From assembly GCA_964016885.1 (NCBI GenBank), contig OZ024746.1, positions 64,728,001-64,792,000 of the forward strand: a stretch of DNA of 64,000 bases, given 5' to 3'. Numbering within the stretch: the stretch's first letter is position 1; each line of letters opens with the position of its first letter. The notes under the pieces were generated by a model. That model was not told the DNA's origin. It worked only from the letters and a program-made list of their open reading frames with translations, and made no database searches. Origin of the DNA: Eledone cirrhosa. Lineage: Eukaryota. Both the position numbers and the translations under genes were made by a program. Shown in pieces: positions 12,775 to 26,735 of the stretch.

Positions 12775-13810
12775 AGGCTTTTGCGTTTGTTGGTGATGTG
12801 GTATTTTATATGATTTGTACAATAGTAGCCTAATTTCACTGTATGGCAGTTGAATATTTCTCGGCATTTGTGGCCTGCGGGAAAGTGATAATTTAGGAGG
12901 GCTAGGAATGTTGTACCAGCATTGGACCTCCTATTGAGCACGAATGGTAGTGTGAACCACGTGACGGTTTTAAGTCTAGTTTTTTTTATTGCTAGATATC
13001 GGGCGCTGATCTGGAGAGTAAGTGGTTCTCTTGGAGAAACCACTGTTGCTTAGGGCTGAGTTGTAGTAGGAGGCTGCCCTGTCAAGGATGGCTTGGCTAG
13101 AAGAGGGATTGGATACTCTCTTGCTGGTGTTATTAATGAGATTAAAAAAAAACTATGGCGGGAAGGCGTAACTAGAGCCCTTAAGAATGTGCCTAAGATT
13201 TTCACTGGGTTTATGGAATGATCTGTATGTGCGTGTATGTAGGTCTAAAGTAACGTGTAGGAAGTTAACACTGGTGCAGTTGGTAGATATTGTAACTGTT
13301 AGTCCTAGATTGTTGAAGGTAGTAATCAGATTTTTTTTCTATAAATTTCGAGGTCATGGCTACTTTTATCATTCGATAGTACCAGACCATCATCAGGATA
13401 TAGGCCCGTATGGAAGTCAGGGAATTTCTTACGTAGTGTGTCTAAGGTAAAAAGGTCTACCATATCACAATATCAGCACTGTCAAATGATCTCATCAGCA
13501 CATCAAATAGGTCATTGTTAGTGGATTTCTTTAATGAGGGGGCCCTCATTGTTAGGGGGGGGGGGGTGATATAGTTGACCTTTATCCTTCGATATCCAGG
13601 ACCCTACTTGATACGGCCTTAGATTTCGCTATCAATGTCACTAATATATACGAGTTAGACCAGTTAGTAATATTCCACTATAGGATCCCACTCTCTTTAA
13701 TAATGAAGACCCCTGGATAAATAAGTCCACAAAAATTATCTATTTGATGTGCTGATGGGATCATTTGATAGTGCTGATATATACGATTCGGTGGCCCTTT
13801 TTAACCCAAA
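12775..13810 (-). pseudogene. Decayed Penelope-like element RT region with an internal inverted duplication
   Basis: Minus strand gives GLYPDDGL (GLYRDDGL), KKNLITTFNNLGLTVTISTNCTSVNFLHVTLDL and TWFTLPF...FLALLNYHFP...IFNCHTVKLGYYC. The motif LFDVLMGSFDSADI reads on + at about 13740-13780, inverted relative to 13470-13510. Confidence 0.8.
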
Positions 13811-13880
13811 GAAACTTAAGTACCTGTACATGTTATTGTTGTAGCTAATTACACACACACACACGCACACGCACACACAC

Positions 13881-13921
<41 letters not shown>

Positions 13922-13924
<3 letters not shown>

Positions 13925-14026
13925 TAAGATCGGAATTAAGAGCATTCCTCAGTTCACAGTAATAATAAAAATCACTTGTAATAATTCTTTACACACATTT
14001 CACTGTGTAACACACTTCTATTTGTG

Positions 14027-14062
<36 letters not shown>

Positions 14063-14389
14063 CACAAATAGAAGTGTGTTACACAGTTCCCCAGTGAATT
14101 AACAACCCAGCAAGGAACTGGGCATATCAGAGTATTGACAATATTATACACCTAAACAACATATGTACTTGTCTATACCATACTAATTCAAACTGCCTGA
14201 AGAGGTCACAGCCAAAGATGGCTGTCACTGAAATATATATAGCAGTAATAAACGAAGCTAAATTTTAATCATTTGACTTTTATTTAACTTTATTTTACAC
14301 TACTCCGGAGTAACCAAACCAACCTGCGCACTTCGTCGAGTGCTCCAGCCTGCATACTGAGGTGTTGGTATACAACCAACATAAACTCA

Positions 14390-14466
<77 letters not shown>

Positions 14467-14568
14467 TAAGATCGGAATTAAGAGCATTCCTCAGTTCACA
14501 GTAATAATAAAAATCACTTGTAATAATTCTTTACACACATTTCACTGTGTAACACACTTCTATTTGTG

Positions 14569-14604
<36 letters not shown>

Positions 14605-14708
14605 TAAGATCGGAATTAAGAGCATTCCTCAGTTCACAGTAATAATAAAAATCACTTGTAATAATTCTTTACACACATTTCACTGTGTAACACACTTCTA
14701 TTTGTGTA

Positions 14709-14710
<2 letters not shown>
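13922..14710 (+). repeat. Three copies of a ~108-bp unit, each flanked by (TA)n
   Basis: ctaagatcggaattaagagcattcctcag...ctatttgtgtaat at about 13922, 14464 and 14602, with a partial inverted copy at 14059-14087. Confidence 0.9.
14192..14246 (+). ncRNA. Minimal type I hammerhead ribozyme
   Basis: ACTGC-CTGAAGA-GGTCACAGCC aaagat GGCTGTCACT-GAAA-TATATA-TA-GCAGT; all three stems pair, with one C-C mismatch in stem II. Confidence 0.7.
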
Positions 14711-14739
<29 letters not shown>

Positions 14740-14857
14740 AGGGTGTAATAAGATACCAGGTGGACCGTAACGCACCAGAGTACTCGATATTTGGGGTAGT
14801 GGAGTTCGGATCTAGCTGTTGAAACTGCCGGAGCTCAGCCGTCAGGGTCCTGAATCT

Positions 14858-14904
<47 letters not shown>

Positions 14905-15653
14905 GTACGTGTATACGTAGAAATAGAAAGTTTTACATATTTGTCTATGGGCCATGTAGGGAGGTGGGTGTTGATATTTCATGGAAATCGCAATTATTTC
15001 TACCGATCAACGCAGTCAACGATTCATTTCCTCGTAGTCTAGTTTCAAAAGTTCTTTTGCATTGATTTATATAAATGTGTATTGATTTTATAATGGCTGA
15101 AATGGTTTCTTGTAAAGTGGTTTGGTTTGAAAACAAATATAGATTTCTTACAGAGTCACAAAGGTCGACAATGTGAAGGGGATTGACTATAATCCGGGGG
15201 TATTAAAGCTAACGTTAACATCATTGGGATTTGAACACAGAACATATATGGACACTACACACTATATGTTGTAAGGAATCTAACCCACCGCTTTACTGTT
15301 TCCAGCATCCTACCGTCAACACTACTACTACTACTAGTAATACTTTCTACTTTTGGCATAAGACAGCTTTTCTCTAGTGATTTTGCAGAAAACTAAGTCT
15401 AGGTATCTAGAATGACCTGTGTCAACAGGCGTACTCTCAGCATACCTCTGTAGGTCTGAGAGCTCATCTGGGACAGGACACTGTCTCTTAGTGTTCAGGG
15501 TAACCCTGTATTTGTGGGTTCCTTAATTGGTCTTAGGTGACTGTTCTATACGGACGTCTCATTCTATACCTTTTATATAATAGCATTTTTGTTCTTTGGG
15601 GAATTTGTCCTCGTAATGTCCTCTTCCTACATCACTCTCGTGGAGAAAAAATT

Positions 15654-16235
15654 TGAACTCAGATCGTAAAGGGACGTAACTATGCTTGAAAGCATGGCGT
15701 CCGACCCTCAACCGATACTGCCAACCCCCCGTCAACCCAATATAATAATTGTTTCTACTATTGGCACAAGGCCAGCAAATACCTAGTACATTACTGGTAC
15801 TTTATTTTATCGACCTCGTAAGGATGAAAGGCAAAGTCAACCTCGGCGAGATTTGAACTCAGATCGTAAAGGGACGTAACTATGCTGGAAAGCATGGCGT
15901 CCGACCCTCTACCGATACTGCCAATCCACCGCACTGCCAAATAATAATAATGAAAATAAACATGAATTTTTTGTTGTTGCTCTTGTATTGGTAGAATGTT
16001 GGTCAACATGCCGCGTGGCATAGAGTTTCAGCCCTTTTGTATCATTAGAGTGTCGGCAAAATGCTTTGCAACATTTAGTTACTTCCCTTTACGTTCTGAG
16101 TTCAAATCCCACCAAGGTCAATTTTTGCCTTTCATCCTTCCGGGATCAATAAAATAAAGTACCAGTTACGTACCAAGGTCTATGTCAACAACATTTCTCT
16201 CCTCACAGATTGTTGGCCATGTACCTCAATTAGAA
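15654..16235. mobile_element. Cluster of Nin/Deu-like SINEs (two minus, one plus)
   Basis: Repeated atttgaactcagatcgtaaagggacgtaactatgc and gcctttcatccttccgggatcaataaaataaagtaccag. Confidence 0.8.
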
Positions 16236-16877
16236 TATATACATATTCCTTATTTGGAATGTTATTCTATATCCTTCTTCAACATTTCTATTTATAAGAG
16301 TGAAATATCGGCTGATTACAGAAGCCAATGAATGAAAGACCGAGGAAAATCAGGCCACTTTTACCTCCTTACGGACAACTGACGCTGCGCACCAGGTACA
16401 AACACAGAAGAGCCGAACTCCCACTGTCATCGCTTCCATCTCTCTCACCCTCCCCATCTCTCTGTATTATGAGCAAATGGGGTCCCACGGCCCCGGCTGA
16501 CAGAATGAAGAAGGCGTTTTCCCGGAGGATAGTAAGGGAGATAGGGCGTAGCTTTTGTGTTTTGTTATTGGTGTTGCTGTCACTACAGCCCCTGCTGCTG
16601 CTGTTGGCCTTAGTGTTGTGTGTGTGTGTTTTTCTGTTGTCGTTGTTGTTGTCTAATCACAGGTTTAGTTGTTGTCAACGGTTGATTCTTGAGTTATTTT
16701 TAAAATGGTTGCTGCTGTTGTTTGTAGGCTTTTCGGTCATTGGGTTTATTCAATCATTGTGTATCTAAGACAATATTATCTAATGTGGGCTTCCCATTTT
16801 ATGACGGCAGGGTATAACTTTGGGGAAATTTAATTGTTTAGATGCTATTTCTGTTTGAGGCAGAGACGGGTTCTATT

Positions 16878-17052
16878 CAGTGCTGGATTTAGGACAAATA
16901 TGACCTTGTGCTAGTTAAGCTATGAGACTCCTTACTTGGGCCCTGAAGGAGGGAAAAAAGTTTTTGGCAGGAAGATGCCCCCCCCCCCCACCTCTTGACC
17001 AACGAGGCCCTATGCTTAAGCAGACCTAAGCACAATGGTAAATCTGGCACAG
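16878..17052. mobile_element. hAT-type MITE
   Basis: TIRs cagtgctggattta / taaatctggcacag; 8-bp TSD gttctatt / gttcgatt; homologous to 34494-34664. Confidence 0.8.
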
Positions 17053-17892
17053 GTTCGATTAAATAATTTAAAATTCAGGTTTATCCATAAATTCGTAGTA
17101 AGGACGGTAAACATACGTTAGAGAAATTGGCAGAAACAATTGTAAACAAGAGTAAATACATAAAATTGATTTATATATAAAGTGTTGTTGTTTAGGTCAT
17201 TGTTTAGGTCATACCTGATAAACTAGATCATTCCTGATAAACATCCCGTCATTTCTTTCAGAATACTCTGCTTAACACTGCATTATTCAACATATCCTTC
17301 TGATTTCAAGAGAATATGGCAAGATTTGAGGGACATTTGGTTGCTCTTTCAAGCAGACAAGGCGATGACCTACAAACCTCTCTCATTTACTTTTTTAATT
17401 CCAGTTAAATTGTCGTTGATCATTTTATAAGACTTTTAAATGCTATTTACAGCAATTCTTACAAAATAAGACATTCACATATATTCCCCAACCAACCAAC
17501 AAGACATGTGAGCCAACGAAACCTCTAGTTAGATGTTTGACCTGCTAGTAATAACAATTAAACTACATTGTACTATCTGAAAAGGGAACAATTTGAATAA
17601 TGCAATAGGGATGGTGTAGGTACGGTGGGAATCCCTTTGAACACAAATCTTCCCAATTAGGACCAAATCAGGTTTAAAGAAAAGGGACAGTCACGGGTGG
17701 AATGTCTCTGATCATACGACACATCAGTCAGGGCTGACCAAATCAAAACAACAAAAACAACCACAACACCAAACCACCACCACCACAACACCACCACCAC
17801 CCTCATCACCAACAGCAACACCAAACCACCACCAACACCACCATCATCATCAACACCACCACCAAAATACCACAAGCACCACCCTCACCACC

Positions 17893-17923
<31 letters not shown>

Positions 17924-18989
17924 GCAACAAGGCATGTTAGTATATGATACATTGCTTGAATGGTATCCAAAGTTCTATTGTTTGAAACAACAATAAAATA
18001 TATTATTATTGAATAACAAAATTATCCATCATGTGAGAGTTATATTTCTTTTTCGATGGTTTGAGTTTTATCTGAGAAGGCATCTGCTCATCAGTCAAAG
18101 GTCATACAGCCATAAATACATGTACACATCTCACTATACAATATTCATCTATTTACATTTCTATATAACTCAATTTGTTTTCACCACGGTCTCTTTTCAT
18201 GTTTATCTCAGATTATACACAAAGGGAAAATATGTATGATTGGCAGATGCCATTACATCCCTGTCTCTCCTCACACAAACACACACACATTATCTTTTTC
18301 TCAACCTCTCCCTCTCTCTCGCTCTCTCTCTCTCTCTCTCTGTGTGGTACTAATAATAAATACAAAATCAAAAATCCAGAGATAGGACTCGATAAGAGTT
18401 ATACGTACATACAGAGAGAGATGTGCAATAATTCACACACACACTTGCAAAGTAAAACTGTAGACTATATATATATATATATATAAGCACAGATTAAAAG
18501 TTTAAGCAAACAATTTCTGCTTTATCTCTTTTACTGGATCTTCTGACAATTACTGGATCTTCTGACGTAAAAGAGGAAAATAAATTGCTTGAACTTTTAA
18601 TCGTGATTATATATAATCAAGGAAAAACAGCCGTGAAATGATGTTCATTTACAAATGTTCCAAAATTGTGTGTATCAACTTAGATTGTAGGAAATGTGGT
18701 TTTGAAATTGCGTGAGTAATTGATTGAAGCCGGTCACGAAATGACTAGATTTCTTCGTTTGAGTCGAGACAATTCTAATGATTTGTATGTGTTAGAGAGA
18801 GAGAGGGGGTTTCTAATTCAGAAACAATGATCTTTCACTGAAATTTAGACGACATCGACTAGGTAACTATTTATGTCTGTCTGTATGTATATAAGCAGGT
18901 GTGGCTATCATTGCATGTGTGAATCTGTATGATTTGACATATATGTCTACATATACATAGGTATCTACATCTGTATATGGAGTTATTAC

Positions 18990-19800
18990 ATGCTTCTGGA
19001 ATGTTTTAGATATTTTCCAGTTCCATTTATAGATTGTTCCAGTAGTTTCTTACTTAGGCGTACTCTTTCTGATTTTAAGAAGCCCAGTTCTTCAAAATTT
19101 ATGCTGAGACAGCTAGTAACATGATCACAGGTATAAATATAAAGCTATAGTCAAGGTAGAATATCTACAGATTCCTCATAAGTTCGACTCAGATATTTTC
19201 CTTTTCACTAATCTTTAACACTATAATAACTTTCTACTTTTTGGCACAAGGCCAGCAATTACCCCAGTGCATTACTCGTACTTTATTTTATCGACCCCGT
19301 AAGGATGAAAGGCAAAGTTAACCTCGGCGGGATTTGAACTTAGATCGTAAAGGACCGTAACTCTATGCTGTAAAGCATGGTGTCTGACGCTCTACCGATA
19401 CTGCTAATCCATTGCCCTTTAACACTATAGTAACATCTGCTGGACAGTTGATTTCCACTTCTGCGCATAGCTTCTTTTTCATGTCCCATATTATATCTGG
19501 TCTGTTTTGTTTATATTTGACTGGCGACTTTACAGCAACATTCCACCAGTATTCTTTAACATCATTTATGCCATCCACATCACGACTTTTTATATTTTTA
19601 TCGTCAGGGCTATACTTTCTACAAATTGCATTATATAGTATTTTAGTCGCTACACCAGGTTTCATAGAACTATGATGACATCTTGCAATAGTTGTTTATG
19701 GTATGGATGACATCGCCGGTGTTTATTCCAGTGTCAGCCTCTGGGTGTTTGACACATCTAGGTTTTTTTTACCTTTTGTGCAGCAATAATTTCGTTGGTA
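18990..19800 (-). pseudogene. R4/Dong-like RLE non-LTR element 3' fragment interrupted by a SINE
   Basis: EYWWNVAVKSPVKYKQNRPDIIWDMKKKLCAEVEINCPADVTI (PD..D/E RLE motif) continues past the SINE as KISEKENI*VELMRNL. Confidence 0.75.
19226..19416 (-). mobile_element. Full-length Nin/Deu-like SINE with 13-bp TSD
   Basis: ctttaacactata at 19213-19225 and 19417-19429. Confidence 0.9.
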
Positions 19801-19839
19801 TTTACTGTTCCTGGATTTCAAAAGCATATCCTTGAAACT

Positions 19840-19947
<108 letters not shown>

Positions 19948-22900
19948 AATAATAAATATGAAGACTAAAATCCAAAGAGGGCTCGATAAATATAAATCAA
20001 ATATATAAGAACCCTAGAGCAAATATTTATTAAAATAACACATTATAGTTTAAGCAAGGAATCGCTGCTTTCACCCTTAACGGGATCTTCTGAAACAAAA
20101 AAAAAAAATCAATCTGTGAATGCAGAAGAAAATATTTCGAAAAACGTTGCAACCGAAGGAAAACAGGAAGAATATCTTAAAATATATATATATATATATT
20201 TCCTCTTTCCTCCCATGTTTTATATATATATATAGTGAAAACTGAAACGGGAACAAAAACAGAGCGGCAGTACAAACAAAGGTTTTTTAGTTTCACGCTC
20301 TTGAGAGTGTGTTTGTGTGTGTGTGTGTGTGGGGGGGGGGGGGGTTAGATATACAACCTTCATATACACGTATGTATATGGCTATGTTGGAGCGAATATC
20401 CTAATATATATATGAAGGTTGTATATCTAATGATATACGATATGTTTACAAATAAACATTTGAAAGCCTTTACATACATACATATGTATGTAAAAGGTAA
20501 ACAGAAATAACAACACTATCGGTACAGTATATGGAAGGAATATATTAAGTTAACGCTTCCTTCATATACACGTATGTATGCAGCTATGTTGGAAAGAATA
20601 TCCTAATATATATATATATGTGTAGGAAATAGCCGTCGAAACGGCTTGAGCTTTGCCGTCGGGGTCATACTTTTTCCTACTTCCCACTCTACTACCCTAA
20701 GTATTGAGTACTCTGGAGCGTTATGGTCCATCTGGTTCCTTACCACAATTCCTTTGTTATATATATATATTAGGATATTCGCTCCAACATAGTTGTATAC
20801 ATACGTGTATATGAAGGTTGTATATCTAATGATATACGATATGTTTACAAATAAACATTTGAAAGCCTTTAGATATGAATTTTAAAGGTCATCAACTTTA
20901 AAATTCACCGCTAAAGTCTTCCAAATACTTATTTGTAAACATATCGCATATTATTTGATATACTCCCCACCCCCTCTCTCTCGCACACATGTTGTTAGAT
21001 GAAAAAGTAAACCGAACAGGTCAGGAATTTGAAACTATTCATGCAAAGCTGCAGTTTATTTAAGTCCATTGCTTTACCATTTCTTATGAACATGTAAAAG
21101 GAAGCTGTACATTAGGAAATAAAAAGCAACAGTAGTACAGTGTTGAGCCTAAAGGCCTACAAGAACCATGTACATTGTTTATGTATAATAAACCTACAAA
21201 TAATCTCGCTATGAATATTTTACGTTGTGATAATGCCATGTCTACTTCGAGCTATATGGTCGTAGCATAAAATACTCATAACCAGGCTAAATGCAGGCTT
21301 ATTATACACAAATATAGTTTGTAGGTGTCCTTATACGCCTTTATTCTGAGTCACTCTCAGCTAGTGCCATTCTTAATGGTTAAGCTATTAAAACTCTTCA
21401 TTTCAACGGTAATATACTGTTTTCATGGCAACTGCATTATCCTTACAACCATCGCCACATCCAGCCCCCCCCCCCTATCACCATCGCCACATCCAGCAGC
21501 AGCACCACCAGCACCAAAACCTCTAGCAACACCATCATCCCCACCGCCAGCACCATTCCCCACCCCCCACAAACTACCTCCTCTACTACCATCACCACTA
21601 TAACGCGTTCTACATCATGCTCCAGTATGGCTGGTGAAATGATGTATTATAAATCAGGAAGAGTTATCAATACATTTCCAAGTTCGAAGGCAAGGGACAA
21701 AAACTGGTAATATTTCTAGGGCAAAGGTTATTATTAGAACAATAGAATAGACAGAGATGGCAGAGCTTGGTAGTTAGCAGCAAGGTTTGAAGGTCGTTAT
21801 TGGTAAAAAAAACACGCAGACGATTAGTTCCATAGACAACAGGGTCGAGTGAGTACCATTGTAGACTCCATTGGTATACGAAGTGTATGAAGAGTAAGAC
21901 AGCTTGGCTGAGCTCCTCTCTCTACGAACTATATGTCCACAGAAATAGGCGAACACGACAAATTAACGAACAAACAAGGGACCCAACATGCTTGGACTTA
22001 GAAATACCAGCCAAAATAGTCCTCAAACTTCACTCTACTGTCTTATATAAAAGAAAGAGCACATTGGATTATATGGTCAGTACACTCACAATTAAAAAAA
22101 AAAGAAAAGAAAAGACAGAACAAAATAACAAAAATAAAATAAAAGAAATAAAAAAGAGACGATTGAATTATCACGCATGAGTTGAGGCGAAAGGAAACAC
22201 CAAGACTTCGATACTGTTTTAAATTTTGTTGAAGGTCACTTGCGACGGTAATACATAAAATACTAAAATATTGAAGTGAAATACATTGAAGCTGCAAAAT
22301 ACCAGTGTAGAGTAGAGGACTCGTTTGGCATTTGTGAAATGTATAGTAAGTAGCTTTCTTTTTTGTTTAGGCTAACGTCTGAGTTCTACTTTAGTATATC
22401 AAAATAAATGTTCGCTTATACACACACACACTCAAATTCTTCTTTTATTGACCCTTTCATATTCCATTTTGATTCAGTGAAGTTATTTTTATGTAATATT
22501 TTTCTCGAAGATGTCATCACAATTTTGTGTAAATTCTTGTTTTCATTGATTCTTTCAATAGAATATCTTTAATTTTATTTTGCAAAGTATGGAAGAAGGT
22601 GTCAGTCTAATGAAAATTACATCATAAACTATAAGAATTTCATTGCTTGTGCCACTAGAGTAACTGAATCTTATTATATATATTGCAGTTAATATTGTTG
22701 AAAAGTTTAATCGGTCCCTGCGATAGTGTAAAATAGTTTACATCAGCTTTAAACTATAAATTTATTTCGTTGCTGCACTATTTCATCAAGAGATTATGTT
22801 TGATTTGTAGAATTACTGGAAGAGACAAAACTACCAATGATGTTGAAAAAAATTGTATATTTAAATAGAAATATCATTGACTGAGACATCTAGATTTAGA

Positions 22901-22983
22901 TTGTGAGAATAGTAATGGATAAATAACATTGTTAATGCCTTCTCTTAACTTTAACTTGTGATACAAATACCGATGTACCATCA

Positions 22984-23173
22984 CAGACCTGTCAACTCTC
23001 CCCGTCAGAAGGGGAGATTTCCCACCTATTTTTGGAGTGGGCGAGAGATGTTTTCTCTTGTGAAAATGGGTGTAGCTTTCATTATGTAAAAATGGGTATA
23101 GCTTTCATTATGTAAAATCGCCCCATTTTGCCTCATTTCTCCCCGTTTGGGTTTTTAGAAGTTGGGAAGTCTG
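22984..23173. mobile_element. MITE with imperfect TIRs and a 6-bp flanking duplication
   Basis: cagacctgtcaac ... gttgggaagtctg; ccatca at 22978-22983 and 23174-23179. Confidence 0.7.
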
Positions 23174-24109
23174 CCATCATATGTATGTGCTACAGGATTT
23201 TCAGTACCGGCATATTGTGTATGAATGCTTAAATATGTATTATGTTCTTCCGTTTTTAAGTTCGTCAAATCTTATACAATTTTTTTTTATATTCGGGGTC
23301 CCTTAAAGCTATGTAAAATTGATCTATATTTGAAGATATTACAATTTTCTCTTTAATGTTATTTTCTCCATCTGTACTGTACTTGTTGCTTCAATTAAGT
23401 CATGCTGTATCTTGTTAGAAACGACAGAAAACATGCAATATTTCTATCAAATTTTGCAGTAACTCAATATGGTTTCCTAGATTTAAAGAACATTTGCTTT
23501 CATTATCACCACAGAAATCATGTTATTTATTTATGAAAAGTAACGCAAGAGGCCGACATTTTATTTTTCAACATTTCTTTGTTCTCCTTTACCTCTTTCT
23601 TGTGTATTTGAATGCTATTTTCTTTTTACTGTTTATCTATACTTAAGTCGTTTCGTGTAGATTCAAATGCTGGCAATGGTATCTGGCATTCATAATCTAC
23701 AACAGGTTTATCGTGTTTACTTAAAGCCTTAGGTATATTATTTAAATCGCAATATCCGGTTCTTAGCTATACACATAATATCTATAGAAATAATAAACAT
23801 AGGAAACAAAAATGTCTGTAATACTCCACACGACCACATTTTCTTGCTGTACCATGCGGCTTGAGTTATTCTAATTATTGTCGTACATTTATGCTGTTGA
23901 AGCCTTTTCAGTTCTACCATTGAATTTTCATTTTTAATCAAATTCATCTTTTCTTCATAAGAGAGACTTAAAGAATTTTTTTGAGACACTTTGTTCATAT
24001 TTGAAAAGAGTTAAATTTTGAAATAAAATAACACTGAAAATTTGTTAAATCACCTAAAATATATTTACCTATAGAATAATTTTAATCTACTTATATATAT
24101 AACCAGCAA

Positions 24110-25007
24110 TCTCTATATATAAAACTGAGGTTGTCTGTCTGTCTACTAAAACGGTCGGCACACATCTCCTCCTAAACCGTACGTTCAAATTTCGGTGAAA
24201 TTGCTACACTTATAGCTGAATGTCCGGCGGAGACATCGGTCAAAAACATTTTCAAATCGACCCACGCCAAGTGCAAAAATCGAATTTGTAATGTATTGAT
24301 TTTTCAGTTCAAATGTATAAATAGAGATGAGAGACGAGTTATTTCCCTTTTATGGCGTGATTCTGTCTATCTATTTACGTTACGAATATACGACGCGTGC
24401 AAAAGTACAAAAATACTCGAGCAGTTTTCGGACCAGCAAAATTTTAACCTGCAAAATTCATGAGTTCGAAGTTTCAACATTAAGGTTCCATTTTGCTTCA
24501 TTTCCATTAAAAAATCCTTTAAAACAATATTTTTACTTGAAAACAAGCCTATTTGAATACACCGTAAAACAAGCAAATATTTTGTAAAAAAAGCATTGAT
24601 CTATATATATAATCTCTAATAAAGCCTTATGAGATTTTCATTTAGAAGCAATGATTTTAAACGACAGATAACGCATTTTTTTTTTTTTTTTTTTTTGTTT
24701 TTCATGTCCATCAAATTTCTTTGTTTCAAAATAACTGATAGTTTGGTTACGCTGATGTTTTTCTCTGAGACAAGTGTTGCAGTGTTTACATTTTAGATTT
24801 TTGTTAATAGATTACCAGTGCAGTTTTTATCCCCAGCATCATCTTTTGTTTAAACATTCGGGTTATGGTTATGTTTTCTTGAGGGAATATTAATCAAAGT
24901 GCCACATGAAAGTCTACACTGTAGACTCTACAGTTTTTAAACCAAGAAAGGAACTTAACTTTAACACAGCATGAACAGCCCCGAGCAACGCCGGGCTTTA
25001 CTGCTAG
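24110..25007 (+). mobile_element. Non-autonomous Helitron-like element
   Basis: 5' TC (a|tctctatatataaaactgagg), 3' GC-rich hairpin cccgagcaacgccggg, then CTAG|T; no TSD. Confidence 0.8.
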
Positions 25008-25514
25008 TACACAATAAAAATATGACTTCCATCAGAAAAAACAATTTAAAAAAACAACGAAAAAAGTAAGAGAATATAGCATTTATTTTTACCTGTGTCA
25101 GTTTCGCAAGTACTACAGATCATAGTCGATTAATTATTGGATCATTAACGAATTTTCGTTTGTCGTTCGTTTACTTCTTTGTAATTACATTTTATCAAAA
25201 ATTACATATCATAGATTAATTTTGTAATTATATTATTTTGTAAAATTATATTTTACTACAGAACAATTTTTTAAATTTTAGAATAATTATTAATATACAA
25301 TAAAAATAGTATTTACATTCGAAAATTTAATTAAAAGATTGTGAAATGTAAAGTAATCGGAAAAAAAATATATGTTTGAAATATTTCTTTGATTGAATCG
25401 ATTGTTGCAGGTTGATCTCAAATTTTGAAAGACAAAATCATTTTAATCGCAAATTGTTGATAGAAATATTTCGTTTTTATATTTATATACATAATTCCAG
25501 CTTAGGTCCCCAAT

Positions 25515-26393
25515 ATATATATCTCTCTATCTATCTAAGACGGGTAAAATTCCCGAGATCCATGGACGAGTTCTCTCCAGCGGTCTCTGTCCCTCATTAT
25601 CGCTGCCATGTCCTGCGTCTCCAATAGACCAGTGTCTGTCTTTAGGGCATCAACATACGTTAACCTTGGTCTTCCTCTTCTAGTGTGTCCATGTAGGGGC
25701 TCCCAAAGGAGCACTGAGTGCAATGTCAACTCTGGATGTCGGTGAGCATGTCCAGCTAACCTCAGTTTCCTCTGTGTCACTTTTGAGCTGACTTTTGGGA
25801 TGCTCCCATACAGCTCTGAGTTTTTCATCCTCAGTGTATACTGATTAATGTTCAGAGCCATCCTCAGCATTCTCCTGTAGCACCCATCCACCATCTGAGT
25901 GAGTTTCTTGGTCAGTGTCCAAGTCTCAGACCCATACAGCAGCACAGACTCCACTACAGCAATGAAGAGGCGAATTTTCAGGTCTCTACGAAGGTCCGAC
26001 TTCCACACCGATCTCAAGCTGTGGCACGCCGCCCAGGCCTTGCTCTTCCTCTCAACCACATCATCTTCCGTATTCCCAATCTTTGCTCCCAAATACAGGA
26101 AGCCCTCAACCAATTCTAGCGGCTTCCCGCCTACATTAGTCATCCCCTCTCGCTTCTCAACAATCTCTACCAGATATTTTGTTTTAGTCTCATTCATTCT
26201 CAGCGCCACACTCATCGACACAGTCTCAACCTCCCGCATCAAATCCTCTGCCTCCTTCACTGTATTTGTCACCAAAACTATGTCGTCGGCAAATTCAGCA
26301 TCCGATACCTTTTTCGCCCTAACTCTCCTGCTCTGAGCCGGTGCCACAGTAAAGCCAGAGTCCTGGTGTTTCTCCAGTGCAAGGCGCATATAA
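25515..26393 (-). mobile_element. 5'-truncated RTE-clade LINE with an open RT C-terminal frame
   Basis: EFADDIVL, FLYLG, ESVLLYGSETWTLTK, RLAGH and RGRPRLTYVD; stop at 25535 followed by a (TAGA)n tail. Confidence 0.9.
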
Positions 26394-26735
26394 TATATAT
26401 ATATGGGATAACAAGTTATCGTTTTAGGTAATCTAGTTAGAGATTGTGAGTACACTGTACTATGGATAGTTTTAACATACGGCGTTGTTTGACTCAACAA
26501 GAAGTTTCCTTAATTAGGTAGCGAGTTTTCGAGAATTCCCATGTAGGTTATTCCGATGATTTGATCAGAGAGAGACACTGTATTTAAGGTCGAGTGACGC
26601 AACTTCGAGTTATTAGCGGCCTTTAGACTCACCTGATCAATTAATAACATTCGATTCGTTTGCAATTTTGCAAACAAGCCTCAATTTTATAGCCATATCA
26701 GTAGGATAAACACTTCATTCTTGCTCTTGTGTTGG

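Noticed and set aside
14945-15136. YINQCKRTFETRL as a GIY-YIG remnant
   Set aside because: A single weak motif with insufficient support.
25899-26336. 145-aa plus-strand ORF
   Set aside because: Antisense shadow of the RTE reading frame.
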